DNA of 64,000 nucleotides from Candidatus Zhuqueibacterota bacterium (GCA_014728085.1 WJMF01000164.1:1418-65417), one strand, 5' to 3'. Shown: positions 10,099-20,340, counted from the first letter of the stretch. Numbers and translations: made by a program. The notes: generated by a model from the letters alone, not told the origin.

Positions 10099-11559
10099 TC
10101 AGGACTTGAAAATGACCGAAATTCGTTTCCAGAGAAAGAAGAAATACAGGAGAACGATTAAAGCAGAGACAAAACTCATGCCCCATACAGAGACGGGCAG
10201 AAATTTAAAAATCGTTAAAACCACAATGGTTGAAAGACTCCATTTGATATCAGAGGAGAAAACGGCCCGCAGGGTTTTTTGCCAGGGTACCTGAGCCACT
10301 TCGCCGGTCCAGAGCAGTAGCCAGCCATAGCAGAGAACCCCGGAAAAAGAAAAAATTGCCAAAGCCAGGCGGGGGCTGTCTGCAACGCCACCGATGATCA
10401 GGGCGGCGATGCGGGAAGCCAGGATAAAAACATTGAACAGCAATCCTTTTTCCTGTTTTTCCGAAATGTTGATAATATTGGAAAGCGGAGACGCCAGAAG
10501 CAAAATAAATGCCCAGGGCGCCATAATTTGGACATAAACGCCGGCCTCCGCCCATTTTTGTCCCAGCAAAACGATAAAGAGTTCTTTGCCGACAAAGGTG
10601 AGAACCAGAAGAGGGACGAATCCGATTTGCGATAGCATTTTTACGGTTTGTAGAAAAATCAAATCGATCTTTCCTTCTCTATGGGCCTCGGCGCCTTTTT
10701 GGAAAAAGACCTGGGCAATGGCACGGCCAATGACATTTATCGGCATTCGGATAACTCTGTCACCCATCATATAGAACCCTACGATTGTTGTATTAAAAAA
10801 CAGCGCCAGGAAAAGTGTTGGAACTTGCCAAGAGAAGGTATTGATTAAACTTGCCCACAGGGAAAATTTTGGAAATTTCTTATATTTTTTCATTTGAGCG
10901 ACAAGGTTACGTCCGCTTATGCCCTTTTTAAAAATATTTTTGTCATTTTGAATAATGCCGAAGAGATGAATACAATCCTCGGAAATTTTACCGACAAACA
11001 ATCCAAGGATGAGACCCAAAGGTGAGGGGTAGAACAACAAACCAAAAAGAATCTGTATCAACACCATCAGGCCACCATAAGCAATTCTGCCCTGTGCGAG
11101 CAGTTTATAACGGTTGCGACGGGTGTTCCAGAAATTGACTGCGTTATAGCCGCCAAAGAGAATGATTCCAAAACCGGTGAGCCAGAGGTAGGGACTCAGT
11201 TGTGGAGCGTTGAGAAGGGCAGAAACAGGTTCCCTGAATATATAGAATAGAACACCACTGATCAGCGCGACGATTAATGAAAAAAACAGATGAAGTATCA
11301 TAAGATGCAGGCCGTCCCGATGTTCACTCGGTAACAGAATAGCAAATTCATAACGAAGTCCTGAAACAATGGAGAGCGTCAGAATAATGGTGGTGAGTAG
11401 CTGTAATATGCCAAAGATTTCAACAGGATAGATTCGCGACAGAACCGGGGCAGACAATACAATCATCGCCTGACTGATCGTGGTTCCCAATCCCAGTTTG
11501 AATGTGTCATTGATGAGTGAGTTGCTGCTGCGAAATTTTAGAAATGACATAGCGTCCAT
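10099..11559 (-). CDS. oligosaccharide flippase (Wzx/MOP family)
   Basis: LSRIYxxExFG, GLRYEFAILLP, YKKFPKFS; 12-14 TM helices. Confidence 0.85.
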   Translation of the reverse strand: MDAMSFLKFRSSNSLINDTFKLGLGTTISQAMIVLSAPVLSRIYPVEIFGILQLLTTIILTLSIVSGLRYEFAILLPSEHRDGLHLMILHLFFSLIVALISGVLFYIFREPVSALLNAPQLSPYLWLTGFGIILFGGYNAVNFWNTRRNRYKLLAQGRIAYGGLMVLIQILFGLLFYPSPLGLILGLFVGKISEDCIHLFGIIQNDKNIFKKGISGRNLVAQMKKYKKFPKFSLWASLINTFSWQVPTLFLALFFNTTIVGFYMMGDRVIRMPINVIGRAIAQVFFQKGAEAHREGKIDLIFLQTVKMLSQIGFVPLLVLTFVGKELFIVLLGQKWAEAGVYVQIMAPWAFILLLASPLSNIINISEKQEKGLLFNVFILASRIAALIIGGVADSPRLALAIFSFSGVLCYGWLLLWTGEVAQVPWQKTLRAVFSSDIKWSLSTIVVLTIFKFLPVSVWGMSFVSALIVLLYFFFLWKRISVIFKS

Positions 11560-11674
11560 TTTTAGTTGAATTTAAGAAATCAAAAGCATTTTTCCACGAG
11601 AAAAATATTCGCTTGAACTATTGTCACAAATTTCTCAAATTACGGAGAAAATGCAAAAAGATTCTGGATAAAGA

Positions 11675-14056
11675 ATGAATGTTTTCAACCAAAGATCCAA
11701 AACGACAATCATCGCCGGCATGGTGATAACAGTCATATTGCTTTTGCTCATTCAATACCAACCCGCTTTGCTGCAGGACACCCGCATCACTGATCTCAAT
11801 CACAAGGCATTGCTGAAATACGATGAAAAACACGACCAAACGGGAGAGTCCATATCTCATCCACAGTGGCTACCCTATATTTTCTCCGGCATGCCCTTGG
11901 TAACGGATATATTAATTGTTCCAAAGACTGATATTGTGGATCAGGGGTTGCTGGATTTTTTCAACTGGTTTTCTTTTGCGCTCGGCGAGCCATTGATTTA
12001 TTTGCTAATCATCAACAGTGTAATATTTTCATGGTTCGTATTTATTTATCTAAAACAACAAAACCTTTCTACCGAATCGGCTCTTTTCCCGGCTCTGACG
12101 CTTCCATTTTTACCGCTTTTTACGGATTTGACAACGCACGGACAGCACTCGGTTTTTTATACATTTACATTATTGCCGGTTTTACTGGTTGTTATATCAA
12201 AATTATCGCAAAAGCAGAATGCTCTGTATTTATGCCTGAGTGTATTGCTCTTTGGATTCATGTTCCTGCGGGGAAGTTTATCACTTTCAGTGATGATTAT
12301 TGTCTTTCTGGTGTTTGTATTTTTGTTGTTACGTCCGGCAGCGGGCAGTGGCGACAGGTGGTTTTTCCTTTTCTTGATGGTTGTCGCTATTACGGCAGGT
12401 TTTTTGCTGTCTGCGGTACACTATTTCCCCGTGATTGCCGGTTCCTCTTTTCTAACCGAGTTGACGCAAGAATCCTTACATTTTGAGAATCCGTTCAAAG
12501 CATTTAGCGCGGTAATCCCTTCTTTTCTTCAAGTCACATCGTCTGGAACGGATTTTTCACGGCTTTATATGTACCTGGGAGGGGTTATCTTTTTCTTGGC
12601 AGGGATTGCGATGTTTTTTCGGCGGGACCGCCAAACCCGTTTTTGGAGCTTTGTTGCCCTGATCTGTTTTCTTCTTTTTTCAAGTGGATTTATGCTTATC
12701 AAACCTGTTTCGCACGACATTTTGAATCTGGTTTATTTGTTTTCGGCCTTTGCTTTTTTCGTTTTGGCCGCCTATGGAATTCAGTATCTGCAAGAGGTAT
12801 CCGTCGTGCAGAATGGCAACAAAAAATTTCTAAGAATCTATTTTTTTGTTTTTTTTGCAGTAATGTTGCTTTTTCTTATCTATCTGATTTTTGCCCGCAA
12901 TCAGTATTTAAATGTCATCGCCACTGAGGGCGTTTTTCTGACGATTCCTGAGCGAATTCAGCATTATTCCACTTTGTTATTTGATTTGATTCGAATCTTG
13001 TTTTTTCTGATTATAACATTCTATTTTATCGGACTCTGTTTGGAGCAAAAAGTAGGAATTCGCAGTCTGGTGCTCATTTTAGCGGCTATTGCTTTATTGG
13101 ACTTTGGATTCATCAACAGGCGCCTGGTTGAAACAGATTTGCATTATAACGAGGATACATATTTCAATGCCACCCCAACTGTTTATTTTATAAAATCCGA
13201 CAAGAGTATTCATCGGGTTTTGCCCATTCAAAACACAAAATGCGCCAACTGGTATGTTTTGCATGAAATTGAGAGTATTGCCGGTTTTGCACCTCAAGTC
13301 CCCGTGTTTTATAGCAGCTTTCTTGAGCAAACGGGATACAGGTATCCGTTTAATGGGTTTTTGGCCAAGTACTGGCGCATGACCATGATCAATAAAAAAC
13401 CAGAGTGGGAAGCGGTTCCCCTCATGGAAATACCGGTAAACCGTTTGAATTTTGATTATGCCATGCTGGACATGCTTAATGTAAAATATATTGTTTTGGA
13501 TTCGCTGCAAATTCCTGATCCGCGTTATGAGCTGGTCTATGATACCGGTAGACAACGCGTCTATGAAAACACACGTGTCTTGCCCCGTGTTTTTTTCGCC
13601 GATACGGTGAAAGTGATTATCGGTAAATCTCACATTTTTGAATATATGAAGAATAGACATTTTGATCCCCGCAAGACAGCGATCCTGGAGGAGGATCCGG
13701 GATTTACTCTGTTTGATGCGGATAGCAATCAGGCAGAGATCGTTTCTCTTTCGGCGCATGAAATTGTCATAGACGCCAATGCCCATAAAAACACGATTAT
13801 GCTATCAAGTGAGCCCTATTATCCCGCTGGTTGGAAAGCATATATCGATGGTATTGAGACCAGGATTTATGTAGCGAATTCCGTTCTGCGCTCAATTTGT
13901 TTGCCGGCCGGAGAACATCGTATTGTATTTCGATATCACGCAAGTGGCTATAGTTTGGGAAAGTGGACGAGTCTGAGCGTACTTTTATTCATTTTGGTCT
14001 TGCTGCTTGCCGTGCTCGCAGTATATATTAGAAATCAAACACAGAAGGCGTTATGA
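11675..14056 (+). CDS. second, diverged YfhO-family membrane protein
   Basis: PQWLPYIFSGMP, MLDMLNVKY, LPRVFFADTV, SEPYYPAGWKAYIDG shared with 7564..10095. Confidence 0.78.
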   Translation: MNVFNQRSKTTIIAGMVITVILLLLIQYQPALLQDTRITDLNHKALLKYDEKHDQTGESISHPQWLPYIFSGMPLVTDILIVPKTDIVDQGLLDFFNWFSFALGEPLIYLLIINSVIFSWFVFIYLKQQNLSTESALFPALTLPFLPLFTDLTTHGQHSVFYTFTLLPVLLVVISKLSQKQNALYLCLSVLLFGFMFLRGSLSLSVMIIVFLVFVFLLLRPAAGSGDRWFFLFLMVVAITAGFLLSAVHYFPVIAGSSFLTELTQESLHFENPFKAFSAVIPSFLQVTSSGTDFSRLYMYLGGVIFFLAGIAMFFRRDRQTRFWSFVALICFLLFSSGFMLIKPVSHDILNLVYLFSAFAFFVLAAYGIQYLQEVSVVQNGNKKFLRIYFFVFFAVMLLFLIYLIFARNQYLNVIATEGVFLTIPERIQHYSTLLFDLIRILFFLIITFYFIGLCLEQKVGIRSLVLILAAIALLDFGFINRRLVETDLHYNEDTYFNATPTVYFIKSDKSIHRVLPIQNTKCANWYVLHEIESIAGFAPQVPVFYSSFLEQTGYRYPFNGFLAKYWRMTMINKKPEWEAVPLMEIPVNRLNFDYAMLDMLNVKYIVLDSLQIPDPRYELVYDTGRQRVYENTRVLPRVFFADTVKVIIGKSHIFEYMKNRHFDPRKTAILEEDPGFTLFDADSNQAEIVSLSAHEIVIDANAHKNTIMLSSEPYYPAGWKAYIDGIETRIYVANSVLRSICLPAGEHRIVFRYHASGYSLGKWTSLSVLLFILVLLLAVLAVYIRNQTQKAL

Positions 14057-15261
14057 AAAAACCGGATCTTTCTTTTCATAAAACCATATATATGTTTTCC
14101 GGGACCCTTAAAGGGCTCTTTTTTATCCTGGTTGTAATTTGCATATTGGTTATTATCATATATATCCAGAGTTTAATCAATGATCTGAGGGCCCAAACCA
14201 GGGAATGGATAGAACTGCGGGTTCAGGAGATACAACAGCTGGCTTCGGATGAACAGGCGGGAGACAACCTTACCTGGGGTCTGGAGAATATCATCCAAAA
14301 AACAGAGCTGCCACTGATTGTCACCGATCAGAAAGGCAATCCGGCGGCATGGTCAAACATCGGTGTAGCCCGTGATGATTGGTCGCCTGAAGCTATAAAT
14401 GAAGTACAGCGGCTGTTGAAAAAAATGCAGAGCAACAACCGGCGGTTCCCGATTACCTATAGGGGGCAGGTGGTCAATTATCTCTATTATGGTGATTCCA
14501 GGCTTACCACCCAGTTGCGTTACCTGCCTTTTATAACTATCTTCGGCCTCGGATTATTAATCTTTGCGGCCTTTATGGGATTCAGTAGCATAAAACATAG
14601 CGAACAACGCTATGTATGGGTGGGTATGGCCAAGGAAACCGCTCATCAACTCGGGACCCCTTTATCATCGCTGATGGGATGGCTTGAGATCATCAAGTTG
14701 CATCCGAATGATCCGTCGCGCATTAAACAGATGGCCGAAGATATGACCATTGATGTTAACCGTCTGGAGCAGGTCGCGGCGCGGTTTTCAAAGATCGGAT
14801 CGAAGGCAGAACTTACTATACAGGAGATCCATCCTGTTCTTCAGGAGGTGATTGCTTATTTTCAAAAGCGCTTACCCCAGAAGAGCAAAGATATTCAGCT
14901 GATAGCGGATTTAAAACCGGTTAAGCGGGTGGCTCTGAACCGGGATCTGTTTGTATGGGCAGTGGAAAATTTAATCAAAAATGCCCTTGACGCGGTAAAG
15001 CGCAGAAATGGTAAAGTAACCATTCGAACCGGTATGCTGGAGGACGAAAACAAGATTTATATTGATATCGAAGATACCGGTGTTGGGATTCCTGTGCAAA
15101 ATCGTCGAAATGTTTTCAAGCCAGGCTATAGTACAAAAAAGAGGGGATGGGGATTGGGCCTGAATGTGACAAAGCGCATTGTGGAAGAGTTGCACAAAGG
15201 AAGGGTATTCATCAAGGAGACTCATATAGACAAAGGGACAACCATGCGGATCGTGCTGTGA
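14053..15261 (+). CDS. membrane sensor histidine kinase
   Basis: two TM helices; H-box KETAHQLGTPLSSL; N-box ENLIKNA; G1 DTGVG; G2 GWGLGL. Confidence 0.92.
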   Translation: MKKPDLSFHKTIYMFSGTLKGLFFILVVICILVIIIYIQSLINDLRAQTREWIELRVQEIQQLASDEQAGDNLTWGLENIIQKTELPLIVTDQKGNPAAWSNIGVARDDWSPEAINEVQRLLKKMQSNNRRFPITYRGQVVNYLYYGDSRLTTQLRYLPFITIFGLGLLIFAAFMGFSSIKHSEQRYVWVGMAKETAHQLGTPLSSLMGWLEIIKLHPNDPSRIKQMAEDMTIDVNRLEQVAARFSKIGSKAELTIQEIHPVLQEVIAYFQKRLPQKSKDIQLIADLKPVKRVALNRDLFVWAVENLIKNALDAVKRRNGKVTIRTGMLEDENKIYIDIEDTGVGIPVQNRRNVFKPGYSTKKRGWGLGLNVTKRIVEELHKGRVFIKETHIDKGTTMRIVL

Positions 15262-16001
15262 CGGATTTGAGCGATAAAGTTGTTTTGGTAACCGGGAGTT
15301 CCAGAGGGCTGGGTAAGGGAATGGCCTGCGGCCTGGCACGTCATGGCGCTTCGGTGGTTGTCCATTATCTGCAAAACAGGGAAGCGGCAGAGCAAACCGG
15401 AGAGGAAATTTCAAAGATTGGCAGGGAACCCCTGATTGTACAGGCGGATGTCCGTCAATGGCAACAGGTTCAGTCTCTTATCGATAAAGTGATCCGGTTT
15501 TATGGACGTATTGATGTGATGGTAAATAATGTTGGAGCTTTTTTGCAGTCTTCCCTGGCGGATTTGGATATAGAGTCCTGGCATAATTTGTTGGATAGCA
15601 ATCTGAATAGCGCTTTTTATTGTTGTAAAGCGGTTTTACCTTATATGCGTGAACAAAAGTGGGGCAGGATTATCAATATCGCTGTGGCAAATGCGGACCG
15701 GATTCATGCTTATCAAAGAATTACCGCATATGCTATTGCCAAAACAGCGGTTTTAATTTTGACAAGATCTTTTGCTGTTGAGGAAGCGAAAAGTGGAATT
15801 ACTGTAAACGCCATCTCACCCGGCTTTATGGATAACGGAGGTATTTCAGAACAGGAAAAAACCAGACAGAGTCTAATGGTTCCTCAAAAGCGTTTGGGCA
15901 CCGTTGATGATTTGTTGCCTGTCATTTGTGCTCTTATCGACGATCGGAGCCGTTATGTAACCGGTAGCAACACGGTGGTCAGCGGAGGCTGGGGGCTCTG
16001 A
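15258..16001 (+). CDS. short-chain dehydrogenase/reductase (FabG-like)
   Basis: TGSSRGLG, NNVG, YAIAK; GTG start overlaps the kinase stop (GTGA). Confidence 0.88.
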   Translation: MTDLSDKVVLVTGSSRGLGKGMACGLARHGASVVVHYLQNREAAEQTGEEISKIGREPLIVQADVRQWQQVQSLIDKVIRFYGRIDVMVNNVGAFLQSSLADLDIESWHNLLDSNLNSAFYCCKAVLPYMREQKWGRIINIAVANADRIHAYQRITAYAIAKTAVLILTRSFAVEEAKSGITVNAISPGFMDNGGISEQEKTRQSLMVPQKRLGTVDDLLPVICALIDDRSRYVTGSNTVVSGGWGL

Positions 16002-16002
16002 A

Positions 16003-16737
16003 CTATTGTCGCGGAAATTCAAGCTCGTTTGCTACCTCATCCATTAAAGTGTCTCCCTGTTTGGATTTTTTTTCAGTGGAAAACCCGGAGGTGGTTACAT
16101 AAATTTTATAATAATAACCATAGGCGGGATAGGAATAGACCGAATTGCCATAAACGCCTTCGATTAGCGGCAACCGTTCACCGATGTTGTAGAGAAAGCG
16201 CCAAAAGCCGTTGTTTTGGCCGGCAACCAACGTGTAGGGTGTTACTTGTTTGCTTTCGGCGCTTTTAACATCGGAATATCTTCCGGCAACGCGGGTCAGT
16301 CTGTACATCGTATGCAGGCCGACAAAGGTAACCATGTTTTCCCATTTGAGAATATCTCCTTCAACTGTCCACTGGTCTCCTTTTAACGGAAAGGTATGCG
16401 GTTGCTGTTGTACACCGTCGATAACGGGGATGAATACGAGTTCAAAATCGGCCAATTCGATAGGGGTTGGCCGGCATTGGACGAAGGCGACCAATTGTTG
16501 TTTTGTAAAAGCGTGAAAAGCGCGCAAGTAGGCGGCAGTGGAAAATAGAGCAATTGCGGTGAGTAGCAAGATCAGTGAAACAATACATCCGAGTCTGGGG
16601 CTCTTTTTCTTTTTTTGGGTTTCCTTCTTCTTAAAAGCATTGCGAAGGGCCAATAAGATATAGGCTGTGATGAGCGTAACAACGAAAAGCAAAGCATAGA
16701 CAAGGATTGTGTTCATGTCTGCAAAGAGTTCTCTCAT
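16003..16737 (-). CDS. hypothetical membrane protein
   Basis: two N-terminal TM helices plus a soluble domain (GDQW..ILKW..YRLTRVAGRY); coupled to the upstream gene. Confidence 0.6.
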   Translation of the reverse strand: MRELFADMNTILVYALLFVVTLITAYILLALRNAFKKKETQKKKKSPRLGCIVSLILLLTAIALFSTAAYLRAFHAFTKQQLVAFVQCRPTPIELADFELVFIPVIDGVQQQPHTFPLKGDQWTVEGDILKWENMVTFVGLHTMYRLTRVAGRYSDVKSAESKQVTPYTLVAGQNNGFWRFLYNIGERLPLIEGVYGNSVYSYPAYGYYYKIYVTTSGFSTEKKSKQGDTLMDEVANELEFPRQ

Positions 16738-17771
16738 TTGATTTCCTCATAAATCAACATCTTGAACTTTTCAATCACCTGTTCCACTGTGATTTCATTC
16801 ATACAATTGTACCGGTCACAGGAGGAACAGGTTTTACATTTTGTTATATTCGGCATCAACACGCAGGCGCTGTTATTATAGGGCCTCCAGCGGTTGGGAT
16901 GACAGGGGAGCAGGGGACAATAGAGACCTATAACAGGGGTTCCAACGGCCACAGCGAGATGCAAGGGTCCTGTGCTGTTGGCAATGACAAGTTTTGCCTT
17001 TTTTAACAACGCTCCCAGCTCTTTGATGTTAAGTTGACCCTCCAGTCGAATTGGTTTGGTTGTTGACAAATGCATCATCTTGTCGATGAGCGGTTTTTCG
17101 TTTTGCGTGCCGCTAACGAGAACCATCTCATTCATCTCGTTTTGGATGCGGTCTGCAAGAAGAGCAAATTTTTCTATTGGCCAGTCGAGAGCGGAACCAC
17201 CACTGCCCGGATGAATCACGATGAAGGTTTTTTTAAAAGGCTTGAGCAACGCGTTGATTTTTGTATTGGCCTCGGGAGGTATGTAAAAATAAAATCGGAC
17301 ATTATGCGGACGAGCGTCTAGTGCGGCGGCGAGGTCGAGATTCAGGTCTACTTCATGTCTGCCGCTTTTTTTGCGATGATGCGGGATCCGCAGGGTAAAG
17401 AAAAAAGAATAAGGTCTGTACCGGGTTCCGACCCTGACCGGTATTCGCGCCAACCAGCAAATCAGCGCCAGACTGAAAGTGGGGTGGAGCAAGAGGGCGG
17501 CATCAAAGCGTTGTGATTTAATTTTTTTTAAAAGTTGAAAAAATATCGTCAGGGGGCTTCTTCCCGAACCAGTCAGAAGGATTTGGTCCAGGTGCGGATG
17601 TCCCTGAACAACTTGATATGTATAGGGTTTGATCAGCATGGCGATATATGCGGCGGGATAACGTTTTCTCAGAGCGGTGAGAACCGGAGTGGAAAGGATA
17701 ACATCGCCCATTCGGTCGGTGCGAATGACGAGAAAGCGTTTGTATAAAGTTGTGTTTTCTTTTTTTGTCAT
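16734..17771 (-). CDS. glycosyltransferase family 9 (LPS heptosyltransferase)
   Basis: RTDRMGDVILSTP, HPGSGGS, NSTGPLHLA. Confidence 0.88.
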   Translation of the reverse strand: MTKKENTTLYKRFLVIRTDRMGDVILSTPVLTALRKRYPAAYIAMLIKPYTYQVVQGHPHLDQILLTGSGRSPLTIFFQLLKKIKSQRFDAALLLHPTFSLALICWLARIPVRVGTRYRPYSFFFTLRIPHHRKKSGRHEVDLNLDLAAALDARPHNVRFYFYIPPEANTKINALLKPFKKTFIVIHPGSGGSALDWPIEKFALLADRIQNEMNEMVLVSGTQNEKPLIDKMMHLSTTKPIRLEGQLNIKELGALLKKAKLVIANSTGPLHLAVAVGTPVIGLYCPLLPCHPNRWRPYNNSACVLMPNITKCKTCSSCDRYNCMNEITVEQVIEKFKMLIYEEIK

Positions 17772-18409
17772 TAGATCGCTTCCAGAACGGTGTTGATTTC
17801 GAGTGCGGAAATGGCCCCTTCTCTGATAATGCGAACAGGATTTTTGGTAACATCGATTACCGTCGAGGGCACATTGGAGGGTGAGGGGCCGCTATCGACG
17901 ATGCAGTCCAGTTGATCGCCAAAATAGTCATAAACGTCGTGAGCTGTGGTTGCGGCCGGGAAATTGCTCTTGTTTGCACTAGTAGAAACAATTGGAAATC
18001 CGCAATTTTTTAACAGAGCTAAACAAATGGGGTAATCAGGGATGCGTATAGCGATCGTTTTGGTTTTTCTTGGCGCAAAATCCTGTAAATTTGATGAGGC
18101 AAGAAAGACCATTGTTAATGGGCCCGGCCAAAAATTTTCAGCCAGTATTTCAGCTGATCCGGGAATCTCTTCAACGAGATAACGCACCTGAAGAATATCG
18201 GCTGCGATTAAAATCATGGCTTTGCTTTGGTCGCGGCCTTTAAGGGTAAAAATTTGATCGACCGCATTGACGTTAAACGCATCGCACCCTATTCCATAAA
18301 TCGTTTCTGTGGGATAGCCGATCACACCGCCGGTTTGTAAAACGTGGCCTACCCGGCTGATCAGATCGGGTTCCGGTTGAATGGGATCTATTTTGAGTAT
18401 TTTATTCAT
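17771..18409 (-). CDS. tsaC: L-threonylcarbamoyladenylate synthase (YrdC/Sua5)
   Basis: PTETIYG, KGR, FWPGPLT, STSAN, PSTVID. Confidence 0.92.
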   Translation of the reverse strand: MNKILKIDPIQPEPDLISRVGHVLQTGGVIGYPTETIYGIGCDAFNVNAVDQIFTLKGRDQSKAMILIAADILQVRYLVEEIPGSAEILAENFWPGPLTMVFLASSNLQDFAPRKTKTIAIRIPDYPICLALLKNCGFPIVSTSANKSNFPAATTAHDVYDYFGDQLDCIVDSGPSPSNVPSTVIDVTKNPVRIIREGAISALEINTVLEAI

Positions 18410-19427
18410 AAAGACGATGCTGTTTTAAATAGGTTATGGTTTCCTCAAATATTCTTTTGGGCTTAATAGCTGTCATACATTCATGTGTTTTTATCGGGCA
18501 TTCCGCACTGCCGTGCATACCACATGGCCGGCATTCGAGATTGGTTTGTATGGTTTTATAGTCAACTTTATACGGATAAAACCCAAACGCCGGTACTGTT
18601 GGCCCGAAAATTGCGATAACAGAGGTATTCATAGCGGAGGCCAAATGCAGAGGGGCGCTGTCGTTGCTGATCAGCAGAGAACAGTTGCCGATGACTTGTG
18701 CTGATTCCAAAAGAGACAATTGGTCGACGAGGTTGAGGATGTTTTTGTGATTTGTCGGCAGCGTTTTGACCAATTCCCGATCCTTTGGTCCGCCTAGTAA
18801 GATAACACTAATATTTGCTCTAAGCAATGCTGAAATCAAAGCAGCATAATATCGAGTGGGCCACCGTTTGGTAAACCAGACGGAGCCCGGCGCGACGGCG
18901 ATAACCGGTTTATTCAATTTTTCGATAATCTGTCCGGCTTTTTGTTTCTGGGCATCGCTGGTAATGAGCGTGAGTTTTGGCTCAATTTTACGATTCAGAT
19001 ACGATTCCAGCAGTGAAATATTTCTCTCCACCTCGTGTATATGCTGTTTGTATTCTACGAGATGCGTCATTAAAAAGGACCCTGCGCTTTGATCGAATCC
19101 TATTCTTTTTGGAACCCTTGCCAGTTTGGCCAACAGGGCACTTCGCAATGAGCGGTGTGGAATCAGAGCCAAATCATATTTTTCCCGTTTTAGCGTTTGA
19201 ACAACTCTGTAAAATCCGGCACAACCTTTGTCTTTGTTTTTTTTATCGTAAGCAATGAACCTTGTTACTGCCGGGTCATGTTCATAGATACCGGCTACAA
19301 GTGGTATGCCCAATATGTGAACGTCGGCATCTTTGAATGCTTTTCTGGTTTCATGTACCAATGGTGCCAGCAGAACAAGGTCACCGATAAATGCTGTATG
19401 TATTATTAAAACTTTATTGATGCTCAT
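18402..19427 (-). CDS. waaF: LPS heptosyltransferase II (GT9)
   Basis: TAFIGDLVL, APGSVWFTKRWP, NDSAPLHLA, IFGPT, CRPC. Confidence 0.8.
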   Translation of the reverse strand: MSINKVLIIHTAFIGDLVLLAPLVHETRKAFKDADVHILGIPLVAGIYEHDPAVTRFIAYDKKNKDKGCAGFYRVVQTLKREKYDLALIPHRSLRSALLAKLARVPKRIGFDQSAGSFLMTHLVEYKQHIHEVERNISLLESYLNRKIEPKLTLITSDAQKQKAGQIIEKLNKPVIAVAPGSVWFTKRWPTRYYAALISALLRANISVILLGGPKDRELVKTLPTNHKNILNLVDQLSLLESAQVIGNCSLLISNDSAPLHLASAMNTSVIAIFGPTVPAFGFYPYKVDYKTIQTNLECRPCGMHGSAECPIKTHECMTAIKPKRIFEETITYLKQHRLYE

Positions 19428-20340
19428 GTTTTCTGTTTTCGGGCTTTGTTTTCCACCTTTTGTGCATCCAGAACCACTGATCAGGATATTCCAGGATATA
19501 TTTCTCCAATAATTTTGTATGGCGTTGTGTCAGTGTTTTTACTGTCTCTTGATTGAACGCTTTCAAATCATCTGTTTTAATTTTTTCAAAATAAATATGA
19601 TGGCGATTGTCATTTTTTCTCACAGTGATGCAAAAGACAATCTCTGCTTTTTGCTTTAGGGCAAAGACAGCCGGCCCTGTTGGTGTCGAAGAGGGTTGTC
19701 CCAGGAAATCGACGAAAACGCCATCCTCATGAGCGTCCTGATCTGCAAGCAGAAGGATAATTTGATTCTGTTTTAGTGCCTGAAGCACGCTTCGCACAGA
19801 TACACCCAGCTTGATAAGGGTTATGCCCTTGGACTCTCGGGTATTTCTAATCAAGCGATCAACCAGGGCATTGCTTTGCGGTTTAGCTACGGCCTGAATG
19901 GGAAAATTTTCGCCGGCAATAGCTGCGCACATGAATTCCCAGTTGTCGAAATGCCCGCTGACGCATAGGGTACCTCTGTTTTTTTTTATGGCCTGATATA
20001 AAACGTCTGGTTGATGAAAAGCAATTCGATTCCCGAGTTGTTCTTTGGTCATTTGCTCTAGTCGGATGAATTCAAATATCGTTTTGGAAAAATTTTGATA
20101 GGCCTTTAGTGCAATCTGTTGTAACTCTTTTTTGGATTTTTGTGGAAAAGCACGGGATAAATTTAGAAGAGATGTCTTTCGGCGAACGGGTATAAAATGA
20201 AAAACAAACCAGCCGAGTTGCTCCGCACTTGTAAGGGCCCGGGGTTCTGATAACATTCTGATCGGTTTGATAACCAATAGAACAAAAATGTATTCAATAA
20301 AATGTTTGATTTTTTTATGCGTTTTCATCTGCATTATCAA
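19414..20340 (-). CDS. lipid A late acyltransferase (LpxL/HtrB family)
   Basis: GHFDNWE, ADQDA, VDFLG, PDQWFWMHKRWK. Confidence 0.88.
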   Translation of the reverse strand: MIMQMKTHKKIKHFIEYIFVLLVIKPIRMLSEPRALTSAEQLGWFVFHFIPVRRKTSLLNLSRAFPQKSKKELQQIALKAYQNFSKTIFEFIRLEQMTKEQLGNRIAFHQPDVLYQAIKKNRGTLCVSGHFDNWEFMCAAIAGENFPIQAVAKPQSNALVDRLIRNTRESKGITLIKLGVSVRSVLQALKQNQIILLLADQDAHEDGVFVDFLGQPSSTPTGPAVFALKQKAEIVFCITVRKNDNRHHIYFEKIKTDDLKAFNQETVKTLTQRHTKLLEKYILEYPDQWFWMHKRWKTKPENRKHEHQ

